From NCBI GenBank assembly GCA_947311795.1, contig CAMZLX010000111.1, positions 1-33,234 of the forward strand: DNA of 33,234 bases, in the 5' to 3' direction. Below, one piece after another: positions 17,837 to 27,457 of the stretch; position 1 is the stretch's first letter; each line of letters starts with the position of its first letter. The notes beneath the pieces were generated by a model. That model was not told the DNA's origin. It saw nothing but the letters and a program-made list of their open reading frames with translations, and did no database searches. Position numbers and translations under genes: made by a program. Source of the stretch: an uncultured Zetaproteobacteria bacterium (GTDB taxonomy: Bacteria; Pseudomonadota; Zetaproteobacteria; Mariprofundales; Mariprofundaceae).

Positions 17837-20800
17837 GACTTTGCTTGTTTTCTTGCCAATTTCAATTGCTCATGCTGCTTTTGTTGCACCTCAGGTGATT
17901 ACAAGTACAGCGACTTTAAATTCAAACTTGCCACAGTTAACTGCGACAGTAGACGTATTTCCTCTAGCCGTTGTAGTGGTGCGCACACCTGCAGTGATTA
18001 CCTTTCTGCATCTCAATAGCGTAACCAATGTATATACCCCTGCTGATGTTTATCATGCAGGACAAACGATTTATATTCAAGTTGCCGATGGCGACCAAAA
18101 TACAGACCCAACAACCGTTCAAACGGTTACCATTACACTAACAGACAATGTTAGTGGTGATACAGAAACGCTTGTTTTAACAGAAACAGGACCAAACACA
18201 GGTGAATTTAGGGGTAGCGTTGCTTCCACTCGCAGTACAACGGCAACACCCAACAATAGTGTTGTTTCGGTCAGCGTGGATACGGAGCTAGTTGCCACAT
18301 ATACAGACCCGCTGGACGCCATTACAACGGTAGCAGCTGCTGCATTGGTGGATCCTTTTGGTATTTTGTTTGATTCATCAACAGGCACACCTATTGATGG
18401 TGCGACGATTACTATTATTAATGTTGCGACAGGTCTTCCTGCTACCGTGTTTGGTGATGATGGCGTAAGCGCATTTCCTTCAACGATTATTTCAGGTGGC
18501 ACTGTTACAGATGCTTCAGGTGCTGTGTATAACTTTGCACCAGGCAAGTATCGGTTCCCTTTTATGAATGTGGGTACTTATCAATTACAAATCACACCAC
18601 CTGTGGGATACAACTTCCCATCGCAAGCTACAGATGCATCAATCCAAGCATTGCCAACTGCTGCAACACAAGTTGGTGGCTCTTACGCACTTGTTCCTGC
18701 TTCGCGTGGTGCAACTTTTAATATCGTAGCAGGTCCACCATTACATATTGATATTCCTTTGGATGCGAAAGGTGTGAATTTGTTTGTTCAGAAAACTTCA
18801 TTAACACCATCTGCTGCAATTGGAGAGCGTGTTACGTATCAGGTTAGTGTTGAGAATGTTAATGCTGTAGCAGCTTCGAGTGCAACGATTATCAGTGATA
18901 CTTTACCGCTTGGCTTCCGCTATCAAGCAGGTTCAACAATGCTTGATGGCGTTTCAGTGGCTGACCCAGCCATTGCTAGCAATGGTAGAGACCTTAGCTT
19001 TAATATTGGTGTGGTTGCAGCAGCTTCAGTAAGAAAACTTGTATATACCGTTGTGGTTGGGGCAAATGCAAAACTTGGTGTTTCAACGAATGTTGCATTT
19101 GCTTCAGGCACTATGGCAGCGGTTGCTGTGCAATCCAATGTTTCCAAAGCTTCTGTTGTTATACGTGAAGATTTAATTCGTAGTCGTGGCTATATTGCAG
19201 GTGTTGTGTTTGTTGATACAAATATGAACGAACTTCAAGATGATGATGAGAAAGGTGTGCAAGGTGTGCGGATCTTTATGGAAGATGGTCGCAACACAGT
19301 AACCGATAAAGATGGACGTTACCATTTTGATGGGTTACGTCTTGGTGGGCATGTTGTGCAGATGGATAAAATCACTATCCATGAACGTTTCCAAGCAGTT
19401 GCGCTTACACAAACACGTTTTTCAGATAATAATTTCTCACAATTTGCAGATGTGAATGCAGGAGGGCTTGTTCGTGCAAACTTCCGTTTGGTTGAACGTG
19501 CACCTGATAAAATGCCAGTGACTGTGATTCATGCACTAAGTGAAGAAGAAGGTTTGGTTTGGGCTGATGTTGACATCAAACGTAGTGATGAAGTGAAACT
19601 ATTCACTTTGAATGGCTTCTATATGTTACCCAAAGGTTGGAATTATGTTGAGGGCACAGCATCTGTAGATGGTGCGGCTATTGAGCCAGAGGCAACACCA
19701 GCAGGGCTTACTTGGAAACTGGATGCTGATAAAGATACACAGCACATTCGCTTGGCAATAAAAGGTGATGGTGAATCGGGCTTAAAACAAGCCGTTGCTT
19801 ATGCACGTTTTACCTCCCCTGGTACTGAAAAAGGGCGCACAGGTCTTGCAAAATTAAACATTAAAGACACCTTGGAAGAATTGCGTGACCAACGTTCATT
19901 TACATTGAATACAAACTTTGCAAGTCGTAAAGCAGTGCTGCCTGAAGAAGAATTACATAAGCTGGATGATTTGATTCAATCACTTCAAGGGCTTGTGATT
20001 CGTGAATTGATTGTTGAAGGGCATACCAATAATATTCGTATTGCGCCAAACCATAGAGATGAGTTTGCGAACAACACAGTGTTGTCTCAAGCGCGTGCTG
20101 ATTATGTAGCACAATACTTTAAAGAGAAATTACATCTTGCGGATGAATTGGTTACTGCGATTGGTCATGGTCCTACGCAGCCTATTTATAGCAATAAAAC
20201 AAGGCAGGGTCGTAAGCTTAATCGTCGTGTAGTTCTAAAAATAAGTGCAGATAAAGTGATTCATGACTTCTCATTTGAACTTCAAGATAAAGTTGCAGAC
20301 GCTTATGGTGAAGCATTAGATGACTGGGATTATCAAGAAAAAGAGGTTGTTCATGTAGAGCAAAGTAGAAAAGAAGGCCTTCTTTACCCATCAGCAGAGC
20401 AGAGTTTGCCAAATAGAATTATGGCTGTCCGTGTTGCTTTAGACTCTAGGTTACAAATGCGACTTTTGGTTGATGGTCAGAAAGTATCTAGCGAACGTAT
20501 TGGTTTTAAAGCAGAAGATTCAAAAACAGGATTAACGACTTATACTTTTATTGGTGTTGATTTTGGAGAAACAGGCACACATATATTGCAACTTCAAGGT
20601 TTGGATTCATTTGGTAATGCGCGTTATGATGAAACGATTGAAGTTGTTCGCACGGGTAAAATTGCTAAAATCAAACTCGCGGAAACAGCAAATAATATTG
20701 CTGATGGTAAAACGCCAATTCGCTTTAAACTTGAAGTAAGTGATAATCGTGGCGTGGTTATCAATGGTTCACTACAACTCAAACAATTGGGTGGTGATTT

Positions 20801-23390
20801 GCTGGCAAGAAAATTATCTGAAGTGTCTGCATTGGCTCAAGAAACATCTGTGGATGTGCATGTGAGTAAAGATGGTTGGGTAGAAATGGCACCTGTAAGT
20901 ACCAGTGGTACGAAACGTATCGTGTTGGGTTATGGTGATATTCAGGAAACGATTGAAGTGTATGTTAAACCTGAAGTTCGCGACTGGATTTTGGTTGGTT
21001 TCGCAGAAGGTACAGTAGGTTACAATAAACTTTCGGGTGCAATTCAGCCTGTGACTCAAGCCAATGAAGCCGACAGACTTTATAAAGATGGTCGTATTGC
21101 ATTCTATGCTAAAGGTCAAGTTTCTGACGATTTCTTGCTTACCATGTCGTATGATACACAGGCAAAAGATGCAGCTGAGAAAAACAGCCGCTTTGGTGAT
21201 ATTGATCCGAATTCCATGTATACGATTTATGGTGATACAACACAGCAACAATTTGATGGTACAAGTAGTAAAAAATTATACCTGAAAATTGAACGGGATA
21301 GATTCTATGCATTGTTTGGTGATTATAATACAGGGCTAACAACCACAGAATTAACACGTTATTCACGTACATTTACGGGTGTTAAAGCTGAATTGCATGA
21401 AGATAAGGTTGGTTTCTCAGCATTTGCGACACAAACCAGTCTCACGTCTGTGCGTGATGATATTCAGGGTAAAGGTATCAGTGGGTTATACCGTTTAAGC
21501 CGTCAAAATATTATTACCAATTCTGAAACCATTCGCATTGAAACTGTGGATAGGTTTAAAAGCGAAGTTATTTTGAAATCAACTCAGCTTACACGTCATG
21601 TTGATTATGATATTGATTATGCCTTGGGTACAATTTGGTTTAAACAACCTGTGTTGAGCAAAGATGTAGATTTGAACCCAATCATGATTCGTGTTGAATA
21701 TGAATCGGATGATAGAGCTGATCAATTCACGGTTGCTGGTGGGCGTGTGTATGTGAAACCAACGACAGATATTGAGTTGGGTGGTACATTTGTGTCTGAA
21801 GGTCACTTGGGTGGAAGCGATACTCTAAGTGGAGTAGATGCGAAGATTCAACTTTCAGATCAAGTTGAAATTCGTGCCGAAGCTGCAACCAGTACCAATA
21901 ACAATGTGAATGCTCAAGCTTGGAAAGTTGAAGCGCGTTTGGCAGGCGAGACTTTAAGCGGAACAGCTTATGCAAGAAGGCAAGATGACAACTTTGGTTT
22001 AGGTCAGCAGTTGGGTAGTGAGAATGCAACAACTAAGATTGGTGCAGATGGACAATATCGCTTAAATGACGACGCAAGTTTTAATGGTGAAGTATTCCGC
22101 CAAAAAGTAAGCAATACAGGTGCGACACGTGATATGGGAAGCGTGACATACAAACAGAACTTAGATGAATCATTAGAGGTTCGTGGTGGCGTTCGTGTGA
22201 ACCGTGATATTGATGGTGCTGGTAATAAAACAGGCTCAACTCTAGCCAGTGTTGGGGCAACGAAAAAATTAACCAACCGTTTGTCTGTGCGTGCTAACCA
22301 TGAACAAGCTTTGGCAACCGAGAATGGTGTGGATTATCCAACACGGACAAGTATTGGTGCGGATTATCGTGTGACAGCTACAACAACGTTAAATGCAACC
22401 CAAGAGTGGACACGTGGCAACAAACAAGATACATCTTCTACACGTGTTGGTGTAAATACCCAACCTTGGAATGGTGCTCAAATGACGACCAGTTATGAGA
22501 AGCAATTGAGCGAAAATGGCAACCGTAGCTTTGCCAATGCGGGTTTATTACAAACTTGGAAAATTGATGAAGCGCTCTCGTTCAGTGCAAGTATTGATAG
22601 AACCAAAGTGCTTACAACAACAGCACCTACGCAAATTAATCTTAATGCACCTGTGGTCACTGGTGGTGAATCATTTACTGCATATTCAGTTGGTGCTGAT
22701 TATAAACCAGGTACTTGGCTTTGGACCAACCGTATGGAATATCGCACCAGTGATTTAAGTACACACCGTGGTGCGACAACAGGTTTGCAAGGTCATGTTC
22801 ATGAGAATTTGGCTGCACAGTTTACGCTACGTTGGCAACGTGATGTTTTGGCTTCCACGGCGGCGACATTGAGCTCTGAAGCATCATTACGCGCTGCATG
22901 GCGTCCATCGTATGATCAGCTTATCTTGCTTGAACGTTTTGATGTTCGCCGCAATGAACAAACAGGTTCTGGTACGAGTACAAGAAGCTTACGTTATATC
23001 AATAATATGACTGCAAACTGGCAGTCTTATGATGCTTGGCGTGTTCGCTTTAACCATGGTATTAAATGGACAGATGAAACTATTGCGACAAGCTCATGGT
23101 CAGGCTTGACTGACTTGCTAGGTGCACAACTTATCTATGACTTTAATGAAGATTGGGACTTGACATTGCAAGCTGCAACATTACGTGTTCGTCATTTACA
23201 TAACTATCAAGCAACTGCTGGTTTGGCTGTTGGTTTCAACATGATGGACGACTTATGGATGAGCTTGGGTTACAACTTTGTTGGCTTTTATGACCAAGAC
23301 TTCACCGCAGCAGAGTATGCACGCAAAGGTGTTTACCTACGCTTCCGCTTTAAATTTGACCAAGATAGCCTTGAGGAATGGTTAAAATAG
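17817..23390 (+). CDS. Large outer-membrane protein: Ig-like domains, DUF11, SdrD-B-like, OmpA-like domain, C-terminal beta-barrel
   Basis: Signal MLRSALLTLLVFLPISIAHA from ATG 17817 (alternative starts 17751/17754). DUF11 at ~18777-19170; GVVFVDTNMN...GVQGVRI...TDKDGRYHF; OmpA GHTN...LSQARA...NRRV; amphipathic strands ending GVYLRFRFKF. Confidence 0.85.
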   Translation: MLRSALLTLLVFLPISIAHAAFVAPQVITSTATLNSNLPQLTATVDVFPLAVVVVRTPAVITFLHLNSVTNVYTPADVYHAGQTIYIQVADGDQNTDPTTVQTVTITLTDNVSGDTETLVLTETGPNTGEFRGSVASTRSTTATPNNSVVSVSVDTELVATYTDPLDAITTVAAAALVDPFGILFDSSTGTPIDGATITIINVATGLPATVFGDDGVSAFPSTIISGGTVTDASGAVYNFAPGKYRFPFMNVGTYQLQITPPVGYNFPSQATDASIQALPTAATQVGGSYALVPASRGATFNIVAGPPLHIDIPLDAKGVNLFVQKTSLTPSAAIGERVTYQVSVENVNAVAASSATIISDTLPLGFRYQAGSTMLDGVSVADPAIASNGRDLSFNIGVVAAASVRKLVYTVVVGANAKLGVSTNVAFASGTMAAVAVQSNVSKASVVIREDLIRSRGYIAGVVFVDTNMNELQDDDEKGVQGVRIFMEDGRNTVTDKDGRYHFDGLRLGGHVVQMDKITIHERFQAVALTQTRFSDNNFSQFADVNAGGLVRANFRLVERAPDKMPVTVIHALSEEEGLVWADVDIKRSDEVKLFTLNGFYMLPKGWNYVEGTASVDGAAIEPEATPAGLTWKLDADKDTQHIRLAIKGDGESGLKQAVAYARFTSPGTEKGRTGLAKLNIKDTLEELRDQRSFTLNTNFASRKAVLPEEELHKLDDLIQSLQGLVIRELIVEGHTNNIRIAPNHRDEFANNTVLSQARADYVAQYFKEKLHLADELVTAIGHGPTQPIYSNKTRQGRKLNRRVVLKISADKVIHDFSFELQDKVADAYGEALDDWDYQEKEVVHVEQSRKEGLLYPSAEQSLPNRIMAVRVALDSRLQMRLLVDGQKVSSERIGFKAEDSKTGLTTYTFIGVDFGETGTHILQLQGLDSFGNARYDETIEVVRTGKIAKIKLAETANNIADGKTPIRFKLEVSDNRGVVINGSLQLKQLGGDLLARKLSEVSALAQETSVDVHVSKDGWVEMAPVSTSGTKRIVLGYGDIQETIEVYVKPEVRDWILVGFAEGTVGYNKLSGAIQPVTQANEADRLYKDGRIAFYAKGQVSDDFLLTMSYDTQAKDAAEKNSRFGDIDPNSMYTIYGDTTQQQFDGTSSKKLYLKIERDRFYALFGDYNTGLTTTELTRYSRTFTGVKAELHEDKVGFSAFATQTSLTSVRDDIQGKGISGLYRLSRQNIITNSETIRIETVDRFKSEVILKSTQLTRHVDYDIDYALGTIWFKQPVLSKDVDLNPIMIRVEYESDDRADQFTVAGGRVYVKPTTDIELGGTFVSEGHLGGSDTLSGVDAKIQLSDQVEIRAEAATSTNNNVNAQAWKVEARLAGETLSGTAYARRQDDNFGLGQQLGSENATTKIGADGQYRLNDDASFNGEVFRQKVSNTGATRDMGSVTYKQNLDESLEVRGGVRVNRDIDGAGNKTGSTLASVGATKKLTNRLSVRANHEQALATENGVDYPTRTSIGADYRVTATTTLNATQEWTRGNKQDTSSTRVGVNTQPWNGAQMTTSYEKQLSENGNRSFANAGLLQTWKIDEALSFSASIDRTKVLTTTAPTQINLNAPVVTGGESFTAYSVGADYKPGTWLWTNRMEYRTSDLSTHRGATTGLQGHVHENLAAQFTLRWQRDVLASTAATLSSEASLRAAWRPSYDQLILLERFDVRRNEQTGSGTSTRSLRYINNMTANWQSYDAWRVRFNHGIKWTDETIATSSWSGLTDLLGAQLIYDFNEDWDLTLQAATLRVRHLHNYQATAGLAVGFNMMDDLWMSLGYNFVGFYDQDFTAAEYARKGVYLRFRFKFDQDSLEEWLK

Positions 23391-23427
23391 ATTAGACTGC
23401 TTTATCGAATGAAAGATAGGTGAGGTT

Positions 23428-24318
23428 ATGGCAAGAATTAATGATGATGGTTTTTTAGAGCTTTCCGGCGTTAATAATAAGGTGTTTCAAGAAGTTTTGA
23501 ATGCTGAGAAATTCTCAATTCTTTCTGGTGTTAGCCCGCTAAACTTACGTATATTAAACCAAGCTTCACATTTACTGAACGTATCTCAAGGTGTTGAAAT
23601 GATGCATGCTGGGGACACGCCTCACGACCTATATTTTATTAATAAAGGCTCAGTATCTATTGGTAAAAAAATAAATGATGAAATGAAGGTGGTTGCTAAA
23701 CTTATAGCAGGTAATTTTTATGGTGAATACGGTGCGATGCGTGGAAAAACACGATTTGCATCCGTTTACACAGCTGAAAAATCTGAAATAATTCGTGTAG
23801 ATTTAAATGCTGTGCAGCAAGTATTTGATGCAGATGAAGCATTTAAGTCTAGAGTTTATACGGTGATGCAAGAGAGGCTGCTTAAAAGTTTCTTGTTTAG
23901 TTATTCGGCATTTAGAAAACTATCTTCAACGGTACGGGACATACTGACCAAAGATCTTGAAGTGGTTGAACTTGAACGGGATAATATGTTGTTTCGAGAA
24001 GGTGACGAAGCTAAAAAGTTTTATTTAATTTTATCGGGTGAAGCTGAGTTAACCGTAAATGTTGATGACGTACCCACTGTTTTGGAAGTGCGTCGTGAAA
24101 ATGGTGTATTAGGGGAAGTACGTCGGGAAGAAGGAAAAAAGTATGCCTATGGTGTCTATGCGGCAAATGGATTGGATTTGTTGGTATTGGATAAAAAATC
24201 CATGCAAAACATACAAAAAGCTAATTCTGAAGCTTTGCTTCTTCTTAAACAAATGATGAACCATTCCGCTAAAAAAACAGCATTGGTGATGAATAAAATT
24301 TTAGGAAAGAGTGCTTAA
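23428..24318 (+). CDS. Tandem cyclic-nucleotide-binding domain protein, no HTH
   Basis: Domain 1 YGEYGAMRGKTRFASV is a canonical phosphate-binding cassette; domain 2 LFREGD...YLILSG...LGEV is degenerate. Confidence 0.85.
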   Translation: MARINDDGFLELSGVNNKVFQEVLNAEKFSILSGVSPLNLRILNQASHLLNVSQGVEMMHAGDTPHDLYFINKGSVSIGKKINDEMKVVAKLIAGNFYGEYGAMRGKTRFASVYTAEKSEIIRVDLNAVQQVFDADEAFKSRVYTVMQERLLKSFLFSYSAFRKLSSTVRDILTKDLEVVELERDNMLFREGDEAKKFYLILSGEAELTVNVDDVPTVLEVRRENGVLGEVRREEGKKYAYGVYAANGLDLLVLDKKSMQNIQKANSEALLLLKQMMNHSAKKTALVMNKILGKSA

Positions 24319-24989
24319 TTATGCTTAATTTGATGCGCTGAAAAGCTTGAGCGTATCATTTCATTCCATATGTTGGTGTAACTATCCGCCAGTTGTATGT
24401 TTGAATTTGTTAAATGGTTGCGAAAACTTTTGCGGCAACCTGAGGAAACGGTTAGTCCTTGGTGTTGAGCGCAGGTAACGCAACACAAATGTGAATGTTT
24501 CCAGAACATAACTTCTGATAAGTGAATCATCTCAGAGCATTGCCAACAGTGCTCAAAATCGCCAACCCAACCTGCATCCAACATCATGGACCATATGGCT
24601 GCGGCTACACCTGAATCTTCAGGTCTGTGGGATAATGTATGCAGTGCATTCCAAAGTTCATTAAAACCAGCGTGAACACCATCAGGAAATAAGATGGATG
24701 CTTTGGCGAGTAGTGTTTGCCCGGCTAACATTTTTTGCTCTTGAAGCAGTGGTTTTAACCGTTGAACTTCAATCAATGTACCCATGCTACCAGTTCGGGG
24801 TTCACGCCATCGAATATTCAGGTGATGCAACGGCATAAGGCTAGCGCGATAAGGGCTTTTGGTGCGTCGTGCACCCCGTGCCATAAGGCTAATGCGCCCA
24901 TGGTTTTTGGTTAAAAGGTGTAGAATTAAAGATGAGTCGCTAAAGGGTAGGGCGCGTAATAACAACGCATCATCCTTTTGTTCCATCAT
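24315..24989 (-). CDS. recO: DNA repair protein RecO
   Basis: N-terminal OB fold LLR...ILHLLT..HGRISLMARGARR, CxxC...CxxC zinc motif, position next to era. Confidence 0.88.
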   Translation of the reverse strand: MMEQKDDALLLRALPFSDSSLILHLLTKNHGRISLMARGARRTKSPYRASLMPLHHLNIRWREPRTGSMGTLIEVQRLKPLLQEQKMLAGQTLLAKASILFPDGVHAGFNELWNALHTLSHRPEDSGVAAAIWSMMLDAGWVGDFEHCWQCSEMIHLSEVMFWKHSHLCCVTCAQHQGLTVSSGCRKSFRNHLTNSNIQLADSYTNIWNEMIRSSFSAHQIKHN

Positions 24990-24996
24990 AAGACGT

Positions 24997-25947
24997 TTAA
25001 AGCCCTAAGTCGTGAAGCATACCGGGTTTGTTGAACCAGTCCTTTTGCACTTTGACCCAAAGTTTCAGATTTACTTTACAACCTAATAACTCTTCTAATC
25101 CTTCGCGTGTTTTGATGCCAATATGTTTCATCAATTCACCACGTTTACCAATCAACATGGGTTTATGCCGCTCTGCACCCACAATAATCACAGCTGTGAT
25201 TTCGATTTTATCGCCCAAGTCTTCAAAGTCTTCAATGTCCACAGCCGTCTGAAAGGGGATTTCCTGATACATGGACAAAAAGACTTGCTCACGCACGTAC
25301 TCTGCCGCCATTTGACGCTGGCTTTGGTCGGTAAACCATTCAGGGTCATACATGGGTTGATTCTTGGGCAAATGTTTGCTGATTTCTTTAACCAAAGACT
25401 CCACTTGTGAACCTTTTCGCGCAGAAATTGGCACATAAGCCACCGCATCAGGGTCTAGCTGTTGCACCTCTTGCAAGCGGGGCAATAACCTGTCTTTATT
25501 GGACTGGTCGATTTTATTGATGACATGAATGCGCGGTTTGTCCAAATGCCCTTCAGCAAAGCGTTCTATCAAAGCCATAGTTCCTCTATCCAAAGGTTTG
25601 GATGCATCTTGCATGATACACAACACATCTGCTTCTTCGGCTGCAGCGTATGCCACTTTTACCATGTTCCTATTCAACTGCTGTGAGCCCTTGTGAATAC
25701 CGGGTGTGTCCACGAAGATAATTTGTTCATTTTCATCACTGTGGATGCCCAATATCCTGTGACGTGTGGTTTGGGGTTTGGGTGTAACAATCGCAACTTT
25801 TGCGCCAATGATCTTGTTCATCAAGGTTGATTTACCTACATTTGGGCGACCCAAAAGGGCAACCGTACCACAGCGGTAATCTTCATTATCCGTGTTAAAT
25901 GTTTGCACATCATTAATCATCTCTTCCAAAGATTTATTCATCGTCAT
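24997..25947 (-). CDS. era: GTPase Era
   Basis: GRPNVGKS, PQTTR, DTPG, NKID, KH domain IGKRG. Start could be 25956, 25947 or 25941. Confidence 0.95.
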   Translation of the reverse strand: MTMNKSLEEMINDVQTFNTDNEDYRCGTVALLGRPNVGKSTLMNKIIGAKVAIVTPKPQTTRHRILGIHSDENEQIIFVDTPGIHKGSQQLNRNMVKVAYAAAEEADVLCIMQDASKPLDRGTMALIERFAEGHLDKPRIHVINKIDQSNKDRLLPRLQEVQQLDPDAVAYVPISARKGSQVESLVKEISKHLPKNQPMYDPEWFTDQSQRQMAAEYVREQVFLSMYQEIPFQTAVDIEDFEDLGDKIEITAVIIVGAERHKPMLIGKRGELMKHIGIKTREGLEELLGCKVNLKLWVKVQKDWFNKPGMLHDLGL

Positions 25948-27065
25948 CTGTGCCACCTTTGTTGATGCCCATCAATTTGGCAGCAATGAAATCATCAATA
26001 TCACCATCCAAGAAATTTTGTGTATTGCTGGTTTCCATGCCTGTGCGCAAATCTTTGATGCGCGACGCATCAAGCACATACGAGCGAATTTGGTGACCCC
26101 AACCAATGTCCGACTTGGTGTCTTCCAAACCTTGTTTTTCGGCTTGTTGTTTTTCAATTTCAAGCTCATACAAACGTGCTTTCAACATTTTCCAACAATG
26201 GTCACGGTTTTTATGTTGCGACCTATCACTTTGACATTGTACTACTACACCTGAAGGTTCATGTGTCATGCGCACAGCAGAGTCTGTTTTGTTGATATGC
26301 TGACCACCTGAACCTGATGCGCGGTAGGTGTCCACGCGCACATCTGCAGGGTTAATCTCAATATCAATGTCTTTATCAATATCAGGAAAGGCAAACACAG
26401 ATGAAAACGATGTATGGCGGCGATTTCCCGAATCAAAAGGGGATTTTCGTACCAATCTATGCACACCAATTTCAGCTTTGAGAAAACCATAAGCATATTC
26501 GCCTTTGATAGACACAGTTGCCGATTTGATGCCAGCTTCTTCGCCAGCAGTACATTCGATAAGTTCTGTTTTGTAACCTTTGCGTTCTGCCCAGCGCAGA
26601 TACATGCGGAGTAACATTTCAGCCCAGTCTTGGGCTTCTGTGCCACCTGAGCCTGAGTTGATGTCTAAGAATGCCGATTCAGCATCGGTTTCACCACCCA
26701 ACATTTGAGCCAGTTCAAACGCTTCTATATCTTTTTGTACTTGGTCAATTTCGGTCACAGCCTCAAGTTTGCTGTCTTGGTCGCCTTCTTCCATGCCCAT
26801 TTCAAACAACATGGATGCATCTTCAAGTGTGCTTAATGTTTTGTTGAAACCATTGATAGTGCGCTCTAGCGATGTTTTTTCCTGCATAAGCTTTTGCGCC
26901 TCATCAGGATTATCCCACAATGTTGGGTCTTCTGTGCGTGCGTCTAATTCTTTGAGCTTTTCAACCTTGCTTTCAAGGTCAAAGTGACCTCCGCAGCGAA
27001 TCTAATCGGCTGCTATAATCTTCGGCACGGGTTCTAAAACCCGAAATTAAATCTTCAACACTCAT
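25934..27065 (-). CDS. prfB: Peptide chain release factor 2 with programmed +1 frameshift
   Basis: SPF and GGQ motifs. ATG 27065 with SD GGAG gives 28 codons to GGAGG-TCA-CTT-TGA-C (26978-26992), then the +1 frame continues to 25934. Confidence 0.96.
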
Positions 27066-27194
27066 CTGTTACTCCAAAATCAATAGGTCAGCAAAGCTAC
27101 TGTGCTATGCTTTGAAAGCAATATATGGCGATAGTATTTTAGAGGGAAGAGGGTGAAAGGAGTGGTTAATACCACGGTTGAAGCAGTGCGATGC

Positions 27195-27247
27195 AAAAAA
27201 ATACCAACACACCACTGGGTTGAAAGTTATGCCCGTGATGTGTTGGT
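27195..27247 (-). terminator. Probable Rho-independent terminator of the sqr operon
   Basis: ACCAACAC/GTGTTGGT stem with an extended inner stem; T-tract on the minus strand. Confidence 0.6.
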
Positions 27248-27256
27248 GGATTTATT

Positions 27257-27421
27257 TTAGTGGTGAGACTTCATCATTAGCTTAAGCATTTTGAAGTTGA
27301 GCACTAAAAAACGTACACCTTGCCAAAGCCATGATGTCCGCATGTAGCGCGTCCAACCTGTTGGTGCTGGTGGGTAATAAGCTTGTTGATAAGGTTCTTT
27401 ATTGATTGCTTTTCTGGTCAT
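27257..27421 (-). CDS. Unannotated 54-aa basic amphipathic protein downstream of sqr
   Basis: SD AGGAG, ATG 27421: MTRKAINKEPYQQAYYPPAPTGWTRYMRTSWLWQGVRFLVLNFKMLKLMMKSHH*. Confidence 0.75.
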   Translation of the reverse strand: MTRKAINKEPYQQAYYPPAPTGWTRYMRTSWLWQGVRFLVLNFKMLKLMMKSHH

Positions 27422-27457
27422 GTGAATCTCCTGGATAATTTTTAATAGATTATAAAC

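Noticed and set aside
15773-19147. Long antisense ORFs within the DUF11 genes (15773-16261, 17037-17447, 17140-17712, 18119-18547)
   Set aside because: Expected shadows of repetitive Thr/Val/Ala/Gly codon usage on the sense strand.
14476-23390. Classical chaperone-usher, curli, type IV/V pilus or autotransporter assignment
   Set aside because: No PapD-like chaperone, CsgA/CsgG features, prepilin cleavage motif, lipoprotein pilin signal or autotransporter passenger signature recognised.
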